Below, piece by piece: positions 63,237 to 64,000 of a DNA stretch of 64,000 bases. Within the stretch, counting starts at the first letter, position 1; every line of letters starts with the position of its first letter. The notes beneath the pieces were generated by a model. It saw nothing but the letters and a program-made list of their open reading frames with translations, made no database searches and was not told the origin of the DNA. The stretch spans positions 16,310 through 80,309 of the forward strand of contig JAWKXP010000006.1 of the NCBI GenBank assembly GCA_041396945.1, read 5' to 3'. A program made the position numbers and the translations under genes. The stretch comes from Sphingomonadaceae bacterium. Its GTDB lineage: Bacteria; Pseudomonadota; Alphaproteobacteria; Sphingomonadales; Sphingomonadaceae.

Positions 63237-63998
63237 ATGGATCTGGGATTGAAGGGCAAGAAGGCCATCGTCGTCGGCGGCGCGCGCGGCATTGGCTACG
63301 CAATTGCCGAGCTGTTCGCGCGCGAAGGCTGCGATGTTGCGATCACCGCGCGCAATGGCGATGCGGTGAAGGACGCGGTCGCCAACCTCAAGAAGTACGA
63401 GACGCGCGTGATCGGCTCGTCCAGCGACGTCACCGATGGCGAGAAGTTCTCCGACTGGATGCGCGCCACCGACGAGGAACTGGGCGGCTGCGACATCCTC
63501 GTGCCGATTTCCTCTGCCGGATCGGGGCTGGGCAGCCTCAAATACTGGGACAACGCCTTCAAGACCGACGTGATGGGACCGGTGCGCGCGGTCGATGCGG
63601 TGATCGAAGGCATGACCGAGCGCGGCGAAGGTTCGATCGTGCTGATCGGCACGACCTCCGCGCGCGAGGCGATGGGCGGACCGCAGGCCTATAACGCGAT
63701 GAAGGCCTCGCTCATCACCTGGGGCAAACAGCTGGCGCTCCACCACGGCAAGGACGGCATCCGCGTCAATGTCGTCTCGCCCGGCCCGGTCGAGTTCGAA
63801 GGCGGCAACTGGGAAATGCTGAAAGGCGCGATGGAGAAGTTCTACAACGCGATGATCCGCCAGCATCCGCAGGGCCGCTTCGGCAAGCCCGAGGAAATCG
63901 CGCGCGCTGTCGGCTTCCTCGCCAGCCCGGCGGCCTCGTGGTGCAACGGTTCGCACCTTGTCGTCGACGGCGGCTTCACCAACTGCACGCATTTCTGA
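63237..63998 (+). CDS. SDR oxidoreductase
   Basis: MDLGLKGKKAIVVGGARGIG, YNAMK. Confidence 0.9.
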   Translation: MDLGLKGKKAIVVGGARGIGYAIAELFAREGCDVAITARNGDAVKDAVANLKKYETRVIGSSSDVTDGEKFSDWMRATDEELGGCDILVPISSAGSGLGSLKYWDNAFKTDVMGPVRAVDAVIEGMTERGEGSIVLIGTTSAREAMGGPQAYNAMKASLITWGKQLALHHGKDGIRVNVVSPGPVEFEGGNWEMLKGAMEKFYNAMIRQHPQGRFGKPEEIARAVGFLASPAASWCNGSHLVVDGGFTNCTHF

Positions 63999-64000
63999 GG

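Noticed and set aside
1-64000. CRISPR array, tRNA/rRNA, transposase or integrase
   Set aside because: No regularly spaced direct repeats, RNA-gene signatures or recombinase motifs seen

Overview
GC-rich alphaproteobacterial DNA, most likely Sphingomonadales (inferred from gene content and repeat types). Almost the whole window is one catabolic supercluster. It holds 3 TonB-dependent receptors, 7 Rieske oxygenase alpha subunits (one frameshifted), a CYP101B-like P450, 13 SDRs, 7 SnoaL/NTF2-fold genes, 3 NADP-dependent enone reductases, 3 KstD-family flavoproteins (one a Tat lipoprotein paired with a cytochrome c lipoprotein), CoA-ligase and beta-oxidation genes, 2 thiolase/DUF35 pairs and an Aco-type E1/E2 complex. 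It also carries 3 TetRs, a LuxR solo, a ccdAB module and several palindromic intergenic repeats. The main hidden signal is regulatory. Seventeen 20-bp lux-box-like palindromes (NNCT-N12-AGNN) sit in 11 promoter regions across about 51 kb, usually centred exactly 31.5 bp upstream of the start of a YA-type -10 hexamer. This points to a single non-AHL LuxR solo as master activator of the island, overlaid by a 24-bp TetR-type operator family. The substrate is unknown; a norisoprenoid/apocarotenoid or other alicyclic-ketone compound is inferred. All family calls come from motif recognition by eye; no database search was run.
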